Source: Eledone cirrhosa (taxonomy: Eukaryota). Taken from it: DNA of 64,000 bases. The position numbers were made by a program, and so were the translations under genes. Shown piece after piece: positions 1 through 11,874 of this stretch (positions are counted from its first letter, which is position 1; each line of letters begins with the position of its first letter). The stretch spans positions 261,330,001 to 261,394,000 of the forward strand of contig OZ024743.1 in NCBI GenBank assembly GCA_964016885.1, read 5' to 3'. The notes beneath the pieces are model-generated. The model was not told the origin of the DNA and did not search any database. It saw only the letters and a program-made list of their open reading frames with translations.

Positions 1-43
1 CACACTCACACATATATATACATATACACACACATATATATAT

Positions 44-84
<41 letters not shown>

Positions 85-152
85 TATACATATATGTGTA
101 CACATACACATATATATACATACATACATACATATATATATATATACACATA
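1..152. repeat. (TA)n/(CA)n microsatellite
   Basis: Direct reading. Confidence 0.95.
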
Positions 153-328
153 CAAATAAATAAGTACTCAATAAATATATGCATATACACAGGCCCATAA
201 AAACAGCTCTACAGGCAGAAAATGCAGATAGGTAAGAGGTACTCACATAACCATAGTGGCCGTATTTCAGGTTGAGGGGGGGGGGGGGGGGAGAAGGAGG
301 TATAGGGGCCAATAGGAGGAGGTCGTTT

Positions 329-613
329 TTAGCCATCGGGCTTTAACACTGTTTTAAAGTATTTGAAAGTTGCAAGGTTCTTGTGCATGCAGTTCTGGCA
401 GTGTTCAGAGAGTTTGTTCAGTAGCGGGCCCTTGGCGAATAAAATTTTGTAGCTTTCTGAGATACAAAGGTCGCAGCCCTTGTGTCCTCCGTTGTAATAG
501 CGCGCTTTCTGGAGTATTTTCCATTTAAGCGTGAAGGGGGTGGAGTTCCTTTTGAGGTCCCAAACATAGGAGGCGAGTGTTGTCTGGTTTGATTTGTCCG
601 GTCTTCTGAAGAA
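329..613 (-). pseudogene. Penelope-like element GIY-YIG endonuclease C-terminal fragment (KW plus CxxC...CxH; probably Hydra clade)
   Basis: Manual translation of a frame absent from the ORF track: FFRRPDKSNQTTLASYVWDLKRNSTPFTLKWKILQKARYYNGGHKGCDLCISESYKILFAKGPLLNKLSEHCQNCMHKN...*. Confidence 0.85.
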
Positions 614-728
614 TTAGCTTTTAATGAATTCCCTTTTCTATCAACCAATGGCCTACACCCATCCCACTCCCTACCCTCTCCTACCACTTGAAGAGACCTA
701 TAAATACCATACTTATTTTTTGATACCC

Positions 729-779
729 AGATTCCTGATGATTTCTAAAGAATGAAACAGTTCTAGTCCTGTAGAATCT
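729..779 (+). ncRNA. Type I hammerhead ribozyme
   Basis: agattc-CTGATGA-t ttc taaa gaa t-GAAA-cag ttctagtc ctg-TA-gaatct. Stem I is 6 bp, stem III is A-U plus 3 bp, cleavage triplet GUA. Confidence 0.85.
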
Positions 780-861
780 CATCTATATTAAAACTTTTAT
801 ACTCTGCAATGTATTGAGTACCTTACTTACTGTGGTTACCTCCGATTCAACCCGGAATAAC

Positions 862-862
<1 letters not shown>

Positions 863-918
<56 letters not shown>

Positions 919-926
919 TATACATA
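863..926. repeat. (TA)n microsatellite
   Basis: Direct reading. Confidence 0.95.
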
Positions 927-929
927 ACT

Positions 930-3900
930 TTGAAAGGTTTCGGCCAGTATTGGCCCAGGCCATGTCTAACTTAATAGCACCACCTGGCGAAGTCTTACAA
1001 ATCAGTGTTTGGGCACCATGGCCCACTCGAGCAGAGAGTTATTGTTCACGGAGGCATATCCGGGTGTAGGAGGCTTATCCAGGATTTCTTGAAGGAATTT
1101 ATCCAACGAACTCTTGAACTTGATGGGGTCTGTCTCTGCTTTGATGTGTTTTGGTGTAATGTTAAAGAGTGCAGGGCCAATTGAGGTGAAATAATTGTGC
1201 CGTATTGTTATGTGATGCGAGTGGGATTTTTGTCACGGGCAGATAGCACGGGGCCCAAGCCTTGGTTGTACACTAAAGGTGATGCCAACATCATTTGGGC
1301 TAAGCTGATGGAATATTTTCCACATCATACAAGTAATGTATCGCTCACGGCGACGTTGAAGAGAATAAAGCCTGTCATGCCAACTATCTTTTTTGTAATT
1401 GACCTTTGGGGTGCTTCAACTTCCATGATACTTTGTTTCGTGTGGGGTGACCACAGTGGACAACAGTATTCAAGGTGGGGTCGGGCAAAAGTGGAGAAGA
1501 GAAGGACAACAGTGTGAATATCTCTCAACTGGAAAGTTCTGAGAATCCAGGAACACATTCTGTGGACCATATCAACTTTGCTGTTTATATGAGTGGCCCA
1601 GCTTATTTTGTTGTCCACAATTACTCCCAGGTGTCTGATGTTATTGGAAGCCACTAGAGTTTCACCCGAAGGAAGAGAGTATGGTAGTTTCAGGGCATCC
1701 TTTTTTCCAAAGTGGATTAGTTCAAATTTATCCTCATTCAAATTTAGCACTCACTGTAAATGAGGTTGGTGTTAGGAAGGGCATCCAGCTGTAGAAATCA
1801 AGCCAGATCAGTTCCTGTATGAGCAAGGCATGGTCAGCCGACCAGACACTGCACACAACAGGACAACCCGTCTAACCCATGCTCGTGTGGAAGAACGGAC
1901 GTAAAACGGTGATGATGATGATTCAACAGCATATTATTCATCTCTGCCCATTGGATAACAACCAGTAGGTCTGACTGAAGACAAGTCCGGTCACCCACCT
2001 CATTGATGACCCTTTGGAGCTTGGAATCATCTGCGAAGATTCTGATGTTACTGTGGTTGATGATGTCAGTAATGTCATTAATGTAGATGATGAAACGAAG
2101 TGGGCCCAACACAGTGCCGTGTGGGATGTCACTGCTGACTTTGGCAGGGCTTGATTTTACTCCTTCGACTACAACATGCTGGGTTCTGCCTGTCAGGAAA
2201 CATTTGATCCACTGTAGTAACCTTCCAGAGACACCAACATTGGATAGTTTTTTTCAGTAGAATCTTATGATCAACCCTGTCGAAGGCCTTGCTGAAATCA
2301 AAGTAGATGACATCAGTGTTGGAGCCCTCTCCCAAGGCTCTCAAAACATCGTCAAAGTGATGCAGGAGCTGCGTTAGGCAGTCCCTTCCATTACGGAACC
2401 CGTGTTGGTTGGAGTTCAGCAGGCCGTTGCTTTCAAGAAAGTGAGTTATTCATGATCTCACCACCCTCTCAAATACCTTGATAATATGAGAGGTGAGTGA
2501 GATCGGACAGTAGTTCACTGCAAGGGACTTATTTCCCTTTTTGAAGACTGGGACAGAAAGTTTTCAGGAATATAGCCAGTGTCCATGAGTTGCTCCACAG
2601 ATTAGCAAGAGGAGTTGCAAGTTGGTGTCGACACACCTTCAGGACACAAGCAGGGAACCTGTCGGTGCCTACTGCGGAATTGTGTTTAATTTCGTTTATT
2701 GCTGCTAAGACATCAGGGGCGCCAAACGTTATGTCTGATATAGTGTGTTGGGGATTAACATCATTGATACGGCCCCGATCGGCCATATCAGGGTTGCTGA
2801 AAACAGAGCAGTATTGTTTCTGCAGTATCTCGCCCATGATTTTGGCATTGTCCTGGAGTGTGCCATTTTCATCAACTAGAGGGCCAACAGTGGAGACGGT
2901 GACCTTGTGTTTTTTAGCGAATGAGAAGAACACTTTGGGGTTGAGTTTGATTTTCTCAATAGCCCACCTCTCTTCAGCTATTCTCTGGTTATTGATGATG
3001 GTCATCATGCATTGCTGGAGGTTATATTTTTTTGACTCAAGCAGGGTGATAGCCATTGAATGTGTGTGCTGCTGTTGGTAGTATTTTAGTGTGTTAATTT
3101 TTTTGTTTGTTCTTTTTATTTTTCTGATAATTGTTTTTCTGTTTTGGGGGATACTGCACTTGGTTTTGTTCACAGGTTTTGATGGGGTGTGTTTTGTACA
3201 TATATTTGTGACAGTGTCTACAAAGATCTGCCAAGATGGTAGAAGTGTGTGCATGTAAAAGACCATTCAACATGTGATAGTTCGTTCATAATTGCATCCC
3301 AGTTGGCATTGTAGAGATCCATGTTATCAAATGGGTGGGCTGGAGAGAGGACCCTGGGATTAGATTTCGGCTGGTGGAATCTCAGGTTACAAAGAACCAT
3401 GTCATGGTCTGAGAGAAGGGTTTTTTCCACTGTAATATTATGTATAGTGTTAGTGTGGTTACTAAACACTAGATGTAGAATGTTCTTCTGATGTGTCATT
3501 GGTGCAAGGACAAGTTGGGACAAGAAAAACTCATTCATGAAGTCAAGAAGTGACTCGATAGCCTCTTTGTCAGTGGTTGAGGCTGTGGAGCCTGGTTTCA
3601 AACTACATGTAGACCAATCAACACAGGGTAGATTAAAGTCTCCCATCAAAAGTATGTTGCTAGAATGGCACTGTTTAATAAAGCATTTAATACTGTTGAG
3701 GCATTCTTTGAAACAGATTATGGGTGTTTGTAGCGGCCTATAGAGCCCAACTAATGTCAGGTCATTGGCTTTATTGTGCACAGTGACTGATTCACAGTAT
3801 CCATTAGAGAATGTTGTGTTGCCATCTGCTGTAAAGGAATCATGCAGGAAAATGGCAGTTCCACCCTTCCTTCTGCCAACACGATCCGCATGGATGGTTG

Positions 3901-5400
3901 TAAAATTTCTCACTCTTACTTCAGCCTCCAAGTGGGAGTTGTCAAGGTGGGTCTCAGTAAGAATGAAGAAGGGAATGTGAAATGGATGGTTACCAACACA
4001 ATCCTCAATGAATTGGATCTTCCATTTCTGTGCATTGATGGATGGGCTGATACCTTGTATATTGAGTAAGAATGTGGAGGGTAGTGTGGTGGCTGGTTTT
4101 GACTGTTGCAGGGGGCTTGTTTTGTGATTGTATGTTAGTGACAGCAAGGTTGGTGTTGGGTGATGGCTAAAATGTTTTTCTCTATCTCTTTTGCCAGGTT
4201 CATGGCTAAAAAAGATTTTTTTTTTGTTCAGGGAACAGTTTTTGATTGGATTTGTGGTTACAACATTGGATAGGGTTGCAGTTCCCTCTTTTGTTGTTGT
4301 TGTTGTATTTGTTGTAATTGTGTCTTTGTGAAAAGACTGGAGCAGCATTACTTTTGTTGTTGTAATCGTATCTTTGTGAGAAGACTGGAGCAGCATTACT
4401 GCAGCAGGGGGTGGCTTTATTGTGGTTTGTGGGTTGGCATGAAGCCCCTTTTCTGTTCGTGCGTTGTGTCCTAGGAAGATGAGTGAAGGGACAGTCAGTA
4501 GCAGACATAGCCTCTCACGTTGGGAATGTTGGCAGATTTTGGGACTGCGACCTATGCGTGCGGGCAGCGTGCTTTGGTGATGGCTGGCAGTGATAGTGTA
4601 CCTAGTACCCGGTAAATGGGTAAATATACAGTCGCTACGTGTGCATAGCCTCTGACGTAGTGAGTAGCGGCATATTTGGGGGTTTCTAGTATGTGTAGTG
4701 GGTGGTGCATACAGCTCCATAGAACTTTTTTTTTTATAGTTCTTTTGACTATGGCATGATTGTGGTGGTGATGTGGGGGAAGAAAGCATTGGTGGTGATG
4801 ATGATGATGACAACTGTGGTGGGAGAGAGAGCAGTGGTCCATTACTAGCAGTTGGTGTGGCAGGAGATGGTGATGGGGATAGTGATGACTGAGTGATACT
4901 GTCATTTAGTTCATAGTTCAGCGATTATGCTTGAATTCAGTAGAGGTTGCTCCTGGCTTTCTGGCTGTTGTTGTTGTATTTGTCCATTAGAGCAAATATG
5001 TCGAAGTTTTTCAAAATGGTTTTGAATTAATTTGAAAGAGACTTCGACATGTTTTAGTTTTTGTGTATCTGCTTAGCAGATCTCGTCGTAAATGTTTGAG
5101 CTGTTTTTTAAGCAATTCCATTCAGACAAAACACGTTAATGTTTGATGTTTGTGACAGAGAAAGCCATGTGTTTATTAAGAGGTCAATTTCATTTTCAGA
5201 CCAATTTCGTCCGTTGTGGGCTTGCTGGTCAGTAGTCATTTTTTTATTTTTTTATTATTATTATCCTTGTGTGCATTTTAAGATATTTGTTATTTGATAC
5301 ATGAGTGAGACTTTGGTTATTTGAAAAAATTAAAGAATCGCGTATATATATATATATTTTCTCTCTTATGGATGTGAGTTTGGTTGTTTGAGGATGTTAA
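930..5400 (-). mobile_element. Degenerate near-full-length CR1/L2-group LINE (CCCH fingers, APE, RT)
   Basis: APE motifs LTETHL, LMGDFN, SDH (3218-4070). RT motifs DVIYFDFSKAFDRVDH, LGPL, FADD, RPHLEYCCPLWSP (1325-3266). Multiple frameshifts. Confidence 0.9.
1742..1920 (+). mobile_element. RTE 3'-UTR fragment with (GAT)n tail inserted in the CR1 RT
   Basis: ttggtgttaggaagggcatccagc...ggacgtaaaacggtgatgatgatg matches the RTE tails at 24606-24780 and 56300-56445. attcaa flanks both sides (1736-1741, 1921-1926). Confidence 0.8.
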
Positions 5401-5882
5401 TAGTTTTTGGTTATTTGGTTGTTTGAAGATATCCAAGGAAAAACGAGTGCAACCTTGTAGGAGGCCAGCTGAACTTGCATAGGTGTGAGCTGGAGCAACA
5501 ACAATAACTATTAGAGAACAGGAGGTAATCTCTTGTTATAGAAAGTCCATAAGTTGTGCTTGATTTCTGCTTCATGCAGGGTCAGCACTTCCATTAGGCT
5601 AACTAGGCAGTTGTTTAGGGCACAGACCTTAGAGAGACACATTACTGAACTATAAAGGATCAGTTTCATACAGATTTTCATAATCAAATTATAAATATCT
5701 CCTGTGACGCGTGTATATATCAATAAACATCATAGTCACATAGAAATATCCAAAGCTGTGAAGAGGGTTGAATGGTTTTATGACCTGTCACATAATGTGG
5801 CATGAGCGAGTGTAGACTGTATAGTAGAAGATGCAGCCTTATATCCAAATATAGCCAAATATTTATTATTAGTACAGATTAA

Positions 5883-5930
5883 AGTTTAAGCAAAGAATTT
5901 CTGCTTTCACCCTATATGGGATCTTCATGT
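5883..5930 (-). ncRNA. Degenerate hammerhead remnant, same family as 53859-53909
   Basis: Reverse complement aTGAAGA t ccc atata ggg t GAAA gca...tgc TT aaact. C3 is mutated and the 5' strand of stem I is lost. Confidence 0.5.
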
Positions 5931-6739
5931 TGTGGGAAATTAGGTGGGTGTGAGGCCTGTAATATATATTACAAAGGGGTCCCTAAATCTAAAAAAAATA
6001 TGTAACAAAGGTTAAAGGCAATATAGTTCTATAGTATAAAAGACTTTGGGAGATGTTCCTGAAAATGTGGGCCCATAGCAAATGTTATTCTTACTCCAAG
6101 GTCAATCTGGTACTTTGAGTAAATTTTTTGGGACTTAAGGTAACAGGATAATTGTTTCTACTTTTGGCACAAGATAATGCAGAATAACTAACATTGTTAA
6201 ATGATGATTACTACTAATACTACTATTAGTACTACCACCACCACTACTACTACTACCACCACCAGTATTAATACTACCACCACCACTACTAATACTACCA
6301 GTGCCACCACCACTTCCACTACTACTAGAAAACTCATAGTGAGACTCTTGTATGTTTATTATACATAAATATATTGTATATGCTTTCACATACACCCCTA
6401 TAATGAACCACATTATGTTAGTGCCACATCAAATTGCCTCACTTTCACCAGTCAAGTTTGCAAATAAGTATCTCCAGCCAGTGTTTCGTATGTAAAAACA
6501 AGCTCGGTTTTAGCCTATTTTGTCTCAGTAATCAGTGAAAATATCCAGAAATAGTTATCTGGCATTCTCACCGCTACTGAGATACCTGTGATATGATCAC
6601 TGCTTATCGAAAAAATTCATGGTGAGACTTTTATATATTTATTAACGATAAACATATATGCTTTCATATACACCCCTATGAGCCCTCATGGCATTTGAAG
6701 GAGCTAGTATCCTGTGAGTCTTTGCTACTTACTGCACCT

Positions 6740-7600
6740 GTGCATCGGCCACATATAAAACCTACATTCTTTGTTTGCCTGCTTGAGATTCCACTACATC
6801 ACTTATCCATAGTTTGCATTTGGGACACAGGATGAAATTTCTACCTACTCCTTTTCTGCACACTGAGCAAGGCCATTTCCCTGATTCTAGACCATACTTC
6901 CAGGTTTGGAATTTCTTCTCTAACTCTGCCATAGATTCAGCTATGAGCATTAGGTCATCTGCATACAGAAGTTCACATAGAAAGCCAGTCTTAAACTTCT
7001 ATGTTATAGCCTGCAGAGTGATAATAAACAGGAGGGGGCTAAGAACTGTGTCCCGATGGACACCAACCTGCATGCTAAATTCTTCGCTACAGTCATTGTT
7101 AATTCTGACCGTGCTGTTTCTCTATACATGGACTGTACTGCCTTCACAAGCCACTTGTCTGCACCTAGTTTTTTAAGAGCCCACCAGATAATGGATGGGG
7201 GCCACTGTTAAAAGCTTTCTCCTTGTCAACAAATGCCAAGTAGAGGGGTTTACTTTTAGCTAGATACTTCTCCTGCAGTTGCCTCACAAGGAAGAAAGCA
7301 TCTGTGGTACTTTTACCTGGTTCAAATCCAAACTGCATCTCATCTAAGTTAACTTGATCCCTAATCAACTGTCCTATAACTCTTTCTGTGACCTTCATGA
7401 CCTGGTCAACCAACTTAATGCCTCTATAGTTTCCTCTGTCTAGAGCATCTCTTTGCCCTTGTAGCAGTTGACAATGATGCTGCTACACCAGTCATTGGGT
7501 ATGAAACCATTTTGTATGACTTGGTTTACAATACGGGTGACTATGGTCTGACCCACCATTCCAGATGCTATCCCCAAATGTCCAGTTGCCTTGCCTGTGG
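6740..7600 (-). mobile_element. Degenerate RTE LINE RT fragment
   Basis: MQFGF..GKSTTDA, YLAFVD.EKAF, GKWPCSVCRKGVGRN; homologous to 24913-26157. Confidence 0.9.
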
Positions 7601-7757
7601 TACTTGTCATAGCTGTTGGCTTTTGCTGAGCTGGAATCTGCAACTTTGGTTCAAATCCAGATAAAGCTGCTTTTAATTCTCCTTTTCTGCTAGATCTTGT
7701 TGAAGATATTATAAAAGTAATATTGTGAGATAGTAGATAGACAGTGAGCTAGTGTAT

Positions 7758-8090
7758 AAATTCTAATTAGCTGACAGGTAGTGCTTGTAGATATTCTAAT
7801 TAGCTGACAGGTAGTGTGCTTGTATATATATTCTAATTAGTTGACATGTAATGTGCTTGTGTACATTCTAATTAGCTGACAGGTAGTGTACTTGTATGTA
7901 TATGTATTCTCATTAGCTGACAGGTATGCGCTTGTGTATAATCTAATTAGAAGACAGAGTTTGTATATATTCTAATTTACAGATGGGTAGTGCTTGTGTA
8001 TTATCTAATTAGCAGACAGGTAGTGTTTGTACATCTGATTAACAGACAGGTAGTGCTTATGTATATTCTAAATAACTGACAGGTAGTGTG
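7758..8090. repeat. ~33-40 bp minisatellite, about 10 degenerate copies
   Basis: Unit (ta)ttctaattagctgacaggtagtgcttgt. Confidence 0.85.
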
Positions 8091-8377
8091 ATAGACTTTA
8101 TTGTATTTGGTATCATCTATGTCCTAAGTTCCATCACACCAGTCTTCAATTTGTCTTTCATCTCACCAAGGTTGATAAAATGGCATTTATTGGAGTCAAA
8201 CTAATCAACAATAACCCTTTCTCCAACAATCTACAAACCTTGAGATGGCTTGAGTAATCCATATATATTTTGGCACAGAATATTTTGTTTATCTGCTTTA
8301 TACTATCTAAATTAAATGGTTCAGTACTGAGGTCAAATTATGCCAGGGTGTCAGTAAAATTTATACCAATAAATAAA

Positions 8378-8490
8378 AAGACCATGAAACTACGGAGGAG
8401 GGGATGCTATAGCCCCACCCTTAAACTTGCCCTAAAAAACAATAATAATGAGATACAGTGTAAAAAGAATATTTCAGTATTTTAACACTG

Positions 8491-8524
<34 letters not shown>

Positions 8525-8589
8525 ATGTATGTGCATGCACGGTTCTTTTTATTACCCTTCTTTCCCTAAAAACAACTCCACGATCCCTG
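8378..8589. mobile_element. Degenerate MITE of the 10582-10889 family with an uninterrupted central (TA)n
   Basis: Shares acagtgta...tattttaacac..ctaatatata...ttgta.gtatgtg...ttctttttatta...ccctaaaaac...tccctg with 10582-10889. Confidence 0.65.
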
Positions 8590-8864
8590 AACAAAATATA
8601 CAAATTACATTCATGTGAATGTCTATCTAGCTACCTACCTCAATGATGATGAACTTACCCTCATGATTGTCTATCTAGCTACATAGCTAGTTCAATATAT
8701 ATATATTCTGTATGTAGAAGGCAAGCCAAGATCAGTTCTGTATGAGCAAGACATGGTCGCCTGACCTAACATTGCCCCCAACAGTACAACTCGTCTAACA
8801 CATGCAAACATGAAAAAATGGACGTAAAACAATGATGATAATGATATATATAAATATATATATA

Positions 8865-8909
8865 TTCCTGATGATTTCTTTTGAATGAAACAGTTCTAGT
8901 CCTATAGAA
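8865..8909 (+). ncRNA. Hammerhead ribozyme, second copy of the 729-779 family (slightly degenerate)
   Basis: ttc-CTGATGA-t ttc tttt gaa t-GAAA-cag ttctagtc cta-TA-gaa, flanked by (TA)n on both sides. Confidence 0.7.
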
Positions 8910-9157
8910 GCCATTTCTATATTAAACTTGATATATATATATATATATGAAAACATATATTAGTTTAACGCTTGATATAGTGGAAAAGAATCTTAACATT
9001 TCAGACACTAGTTCTTCATCAGAAGATAGAATGAGAAATAAAAGAGGAAATAGAAAGTAAGAGAGTGAGAAGAGAAAGGAACGGAAAAACATTTGAAAAA
9101 AAAAAAACGTGTGTATCTAGTCAACCATTTTGGAGAAATATATATGTGTGTGTATGT

Positions 9158-9193
<36 letters not shown>

Positions 9194-9202
9194 CACATAG
9201 TG

Positions 9203-9320
9203 AAGGCGTGTGGCTGAGTGGTTAGAGAATTGGATTCGCAATCGTGACGTTGTTAGTTCGATTCCCAGACCGGGCGATGCGTTATGTCCTTGAGCAAGAC
9301 ACATTATTTCACGTTGCTCC
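9203..9320 (+). mobile_element. tRNA-derived SINE 5' part (second SINE family)
   Basis: A box tggctgagtgg, B box gttcgattcc, then tgtccttgagcaagacac. Related decayed copies at ~14560-14750 and ~20020-20145. Confidence 0.75.
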
Positions 9321-9385
9321 TTCTACCTGGAGTTGCGACTAATAGATAGTATTAGCAATTGAAAAAACCAATTCAATCGACTGTT

Positions 9386-9386
9386 G

Positions 9387-9430
<44 letters not shown>

Positions 9431-9626
9431 ACATATATGTATATATATATATATATATTTATGTATATGTATGTATATGTATATATATATGTATGTATAT
9501 GTATATATATATGTATGTATATATATGTGTATATATATATATATATTTATGTATATGTATGTATATGTATATATATATGTATGTATATGTATATATATAT
9601 GTATGTATATATATGTGTATATATAT
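9386..9626. repeat. (TA)n/(TATG)n microsatellite
   Basis: Direct reading; accounts for the spurious YIYI ORFs. Confidence 0.95.
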
Positions 9627-9930
9627 AAATGAAGTAACCAGGATCAAAGTCACTGTTGCACCAAATACATTTACTTTATTGATATATTACAATTGTTTCA
9701 ATATCGATCAGCTCGGGGTACAATCATAATGATGCGCAAAAACACATTCAAACAGTTTGAATGCGTTTTTGCAGATATCAACTTGCATACCTGATGAGAT
9801 GTCAAGGCAGTGTTATGTCTTGGTTATTATGATTGTACTCTGAACTGATTGATATTGAAACAATTGTAATTTACCAATAATGTTTATACATTTGGTGCAA
9901 CACTGACCTTGATCCTGCTTACTTTATTTA
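9627..9930. repeat. Imperfect inverted repeat (~105 bp arms) of a PLE pLTR-like element
   Basis: 9627-9730 is the reverse complement of ~9826-9929 at roughly 80% identity; contains GAAAC-AATT-GTA. Confidence 0.8.
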
Positions 9931-10581
9931 CACTCTGCACACTATAGTCGCCTTAACCCTGGAATACAACCTTAGATGGACCATTGTAACAGCATTGAGT
10001 GCTTAAAACGGCAAACAACCTGTAACTGTAGTTATGTGTTTACCAAACTCACACATATATATATATATACATACATAGTTATTTAACGTGTTGTCATCAG
10101 GCAGGTGTTGAAAATGTAAACAATGTTTTGTTTTTGGCTTTTGTTTATTCGAGTCACAGCAGGCATATTCCTGCTGTAACCAAAATGAAGAACATCCCTT
10201 TATATATATATATATATACAGAGAGAGAGAGAAAGAAGGGGTTTTCTACATATATATATATATCCCTGCAACATCATGGTTTTAAAAAAGTTTATCTATA
10301 AACATTTATCTAAAACATGACATTCCAAAAGCAGGATTGTTAAAGAAAAAAATGTTTGACATGCTGTGCTTTGCGATCACTGACATTGCCCAGCCCTCTA
10401 CAATATCTACAATAAAACTTTACGCAACCCTCTACAAAAAAAAATTGGGCTAGTGCCTGGACAACACAATTACGAAAGTAGTGAAGTTGGTATAAACAGC
10501 AGAACACTGCAGTAACTGGTTTAGAAAGTTTCATTTGCATCGTATAGTTTCTGGATTCACTCAAGTCCAGTTATGCTTTCT

Positions 10582-10889
10582 CAGGGACCACAGAGCCACA
10601 GGATGGGAGTGGGGGAACTAAGGGACTAACCCCAACAAAACTTTCTATTAATAAAAAATTTAAATAATAGGAACAGTGTAATAAATATTTCATTATTTTA
10701 ACACCTCTAATATATACATATATATTGATGATTCAGTGAGAGCACAAGTGAAACTCCGGAGTAACAATACTCATCACTTAGCCATAATAAAAAATATATA
10801 TATATATATATATATATATTGTAGGTATGTGTACGCATGTGCTTCTTTTTATTAAGCCCCTTCCCCTAAAAACTGCTCTGTGGTCCCTG
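10582..10889. mobile_element. MITE with perfect 15-bp TIRs and 5-bp TSD
   Basis: cagggaccacagagc (10582-10596) and gctctgtggtccctg (10875-10889). tttct at 10577-10581 and 10890-10894. Confidence 0.85.
10725..10793 (+). ncRNA. 5'-truncated hammerhead fragment inserted in the (TA)n of the MITE
   Basis: TTGATGA...GAAAC-TCCGGA-GTA...tagccataataaa; homologous to 58495-58565 on the minus strand. Confidence 0.65.
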
Positions 10890-11250
10890 TTTCTATCTCT
10901 TTAAAAATCATTAAAACAAATGCCAATATACTTGTTCTCGGGAGTCATTTTCCCTTTGCCAATTGGCCGTGTGCCTATTTCTAAACAACAAACCCTTAAT
11001 GATTGTGGTAGATCCTGTAGTACAGATGTAATTTCTCAATGAACTTCGTTCATTACTCAATTATAATTAGTTAGAACATCTTTACATGTATCTATTGATG
11101 CCCTTTGGGAAAGGCATGAATGTAACAATTTCATCTCTTTTCCCCTTTTCAATGTGAGGCCCTGTGCCTTTGTAAGAAATTATTATTGTTATTATTATCT
11201 TAGTTGTATTTTGAACATGTCTGTGATAATGTATTTTGTCAACTAAATCT

Positions 11251-11485
11251 TACATACATACACACACAAATATACAGACACAAATATATATTTATACATA
11301 CTTATTCATCCATATATACATGCTTACACACATCTGAATACATATACACACACACACACACACACATATATACACACACACAAATATATACATAAATATA
11401 CATGCCTATATACACATACATGCATACACACATGCATACATACATGCAAGCATGCACACACACATACATAACACATGTATACACA
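11251..11485. repeat. (CA)n/(TACA)n microsatellite
   Basis: Direct reading. Confidence 0.9.
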
Positions 11486-11874
11486 AACTAAGACAGGGAT
11501 GAATTCCAAGATATAAACATTGAACCAATGGAAATCTCAATAAATATTGTTGAAACATAATTACAAGAAGAAATTGTTCCTAGATGCTTTCATCTCATTT
11601 TATTTTTTTGCTGAATCTGAGGTGGATAGAGTTTGTTGGTGGTGTCAGATTGTTATTTTATTATTGTTAATAAATTACTTTAGACATTCAATTAAAAAAC
11701 AAATAAATAAATTATACCTGTTAAATTTGTTTGCTTGTTTATTGGTTTGGTTGATATGATTTGACACCGACATGTAGTGGATATGGATGATGATCGTTGG
11801 GGAAGAAGTGTTAGGAGTTTCAAGAGGAAGGAAGACAGAGAAGACTTCAACAGAAAAGATGACGGTGGAAGGAG

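Noticed and set aside
6338-6680. ~65-bp direct repeat with GAAA-gca tata tgt on the minus strand
   Set aside because: No recognisable CUGANGA core or stem I; origin unresolved.
9203-9275. tRNA gene
   Set aside because: The A and B boxes continue into a SINE body and there is no good acceptor stem; it is a SINE head.
9359-9729. YIYI/CVCV-type ORFs (also 11204-11509, 52963-53281, 56431-56712)
   Set aside because: Translations of (TA)n and (CA)n microsatellites.
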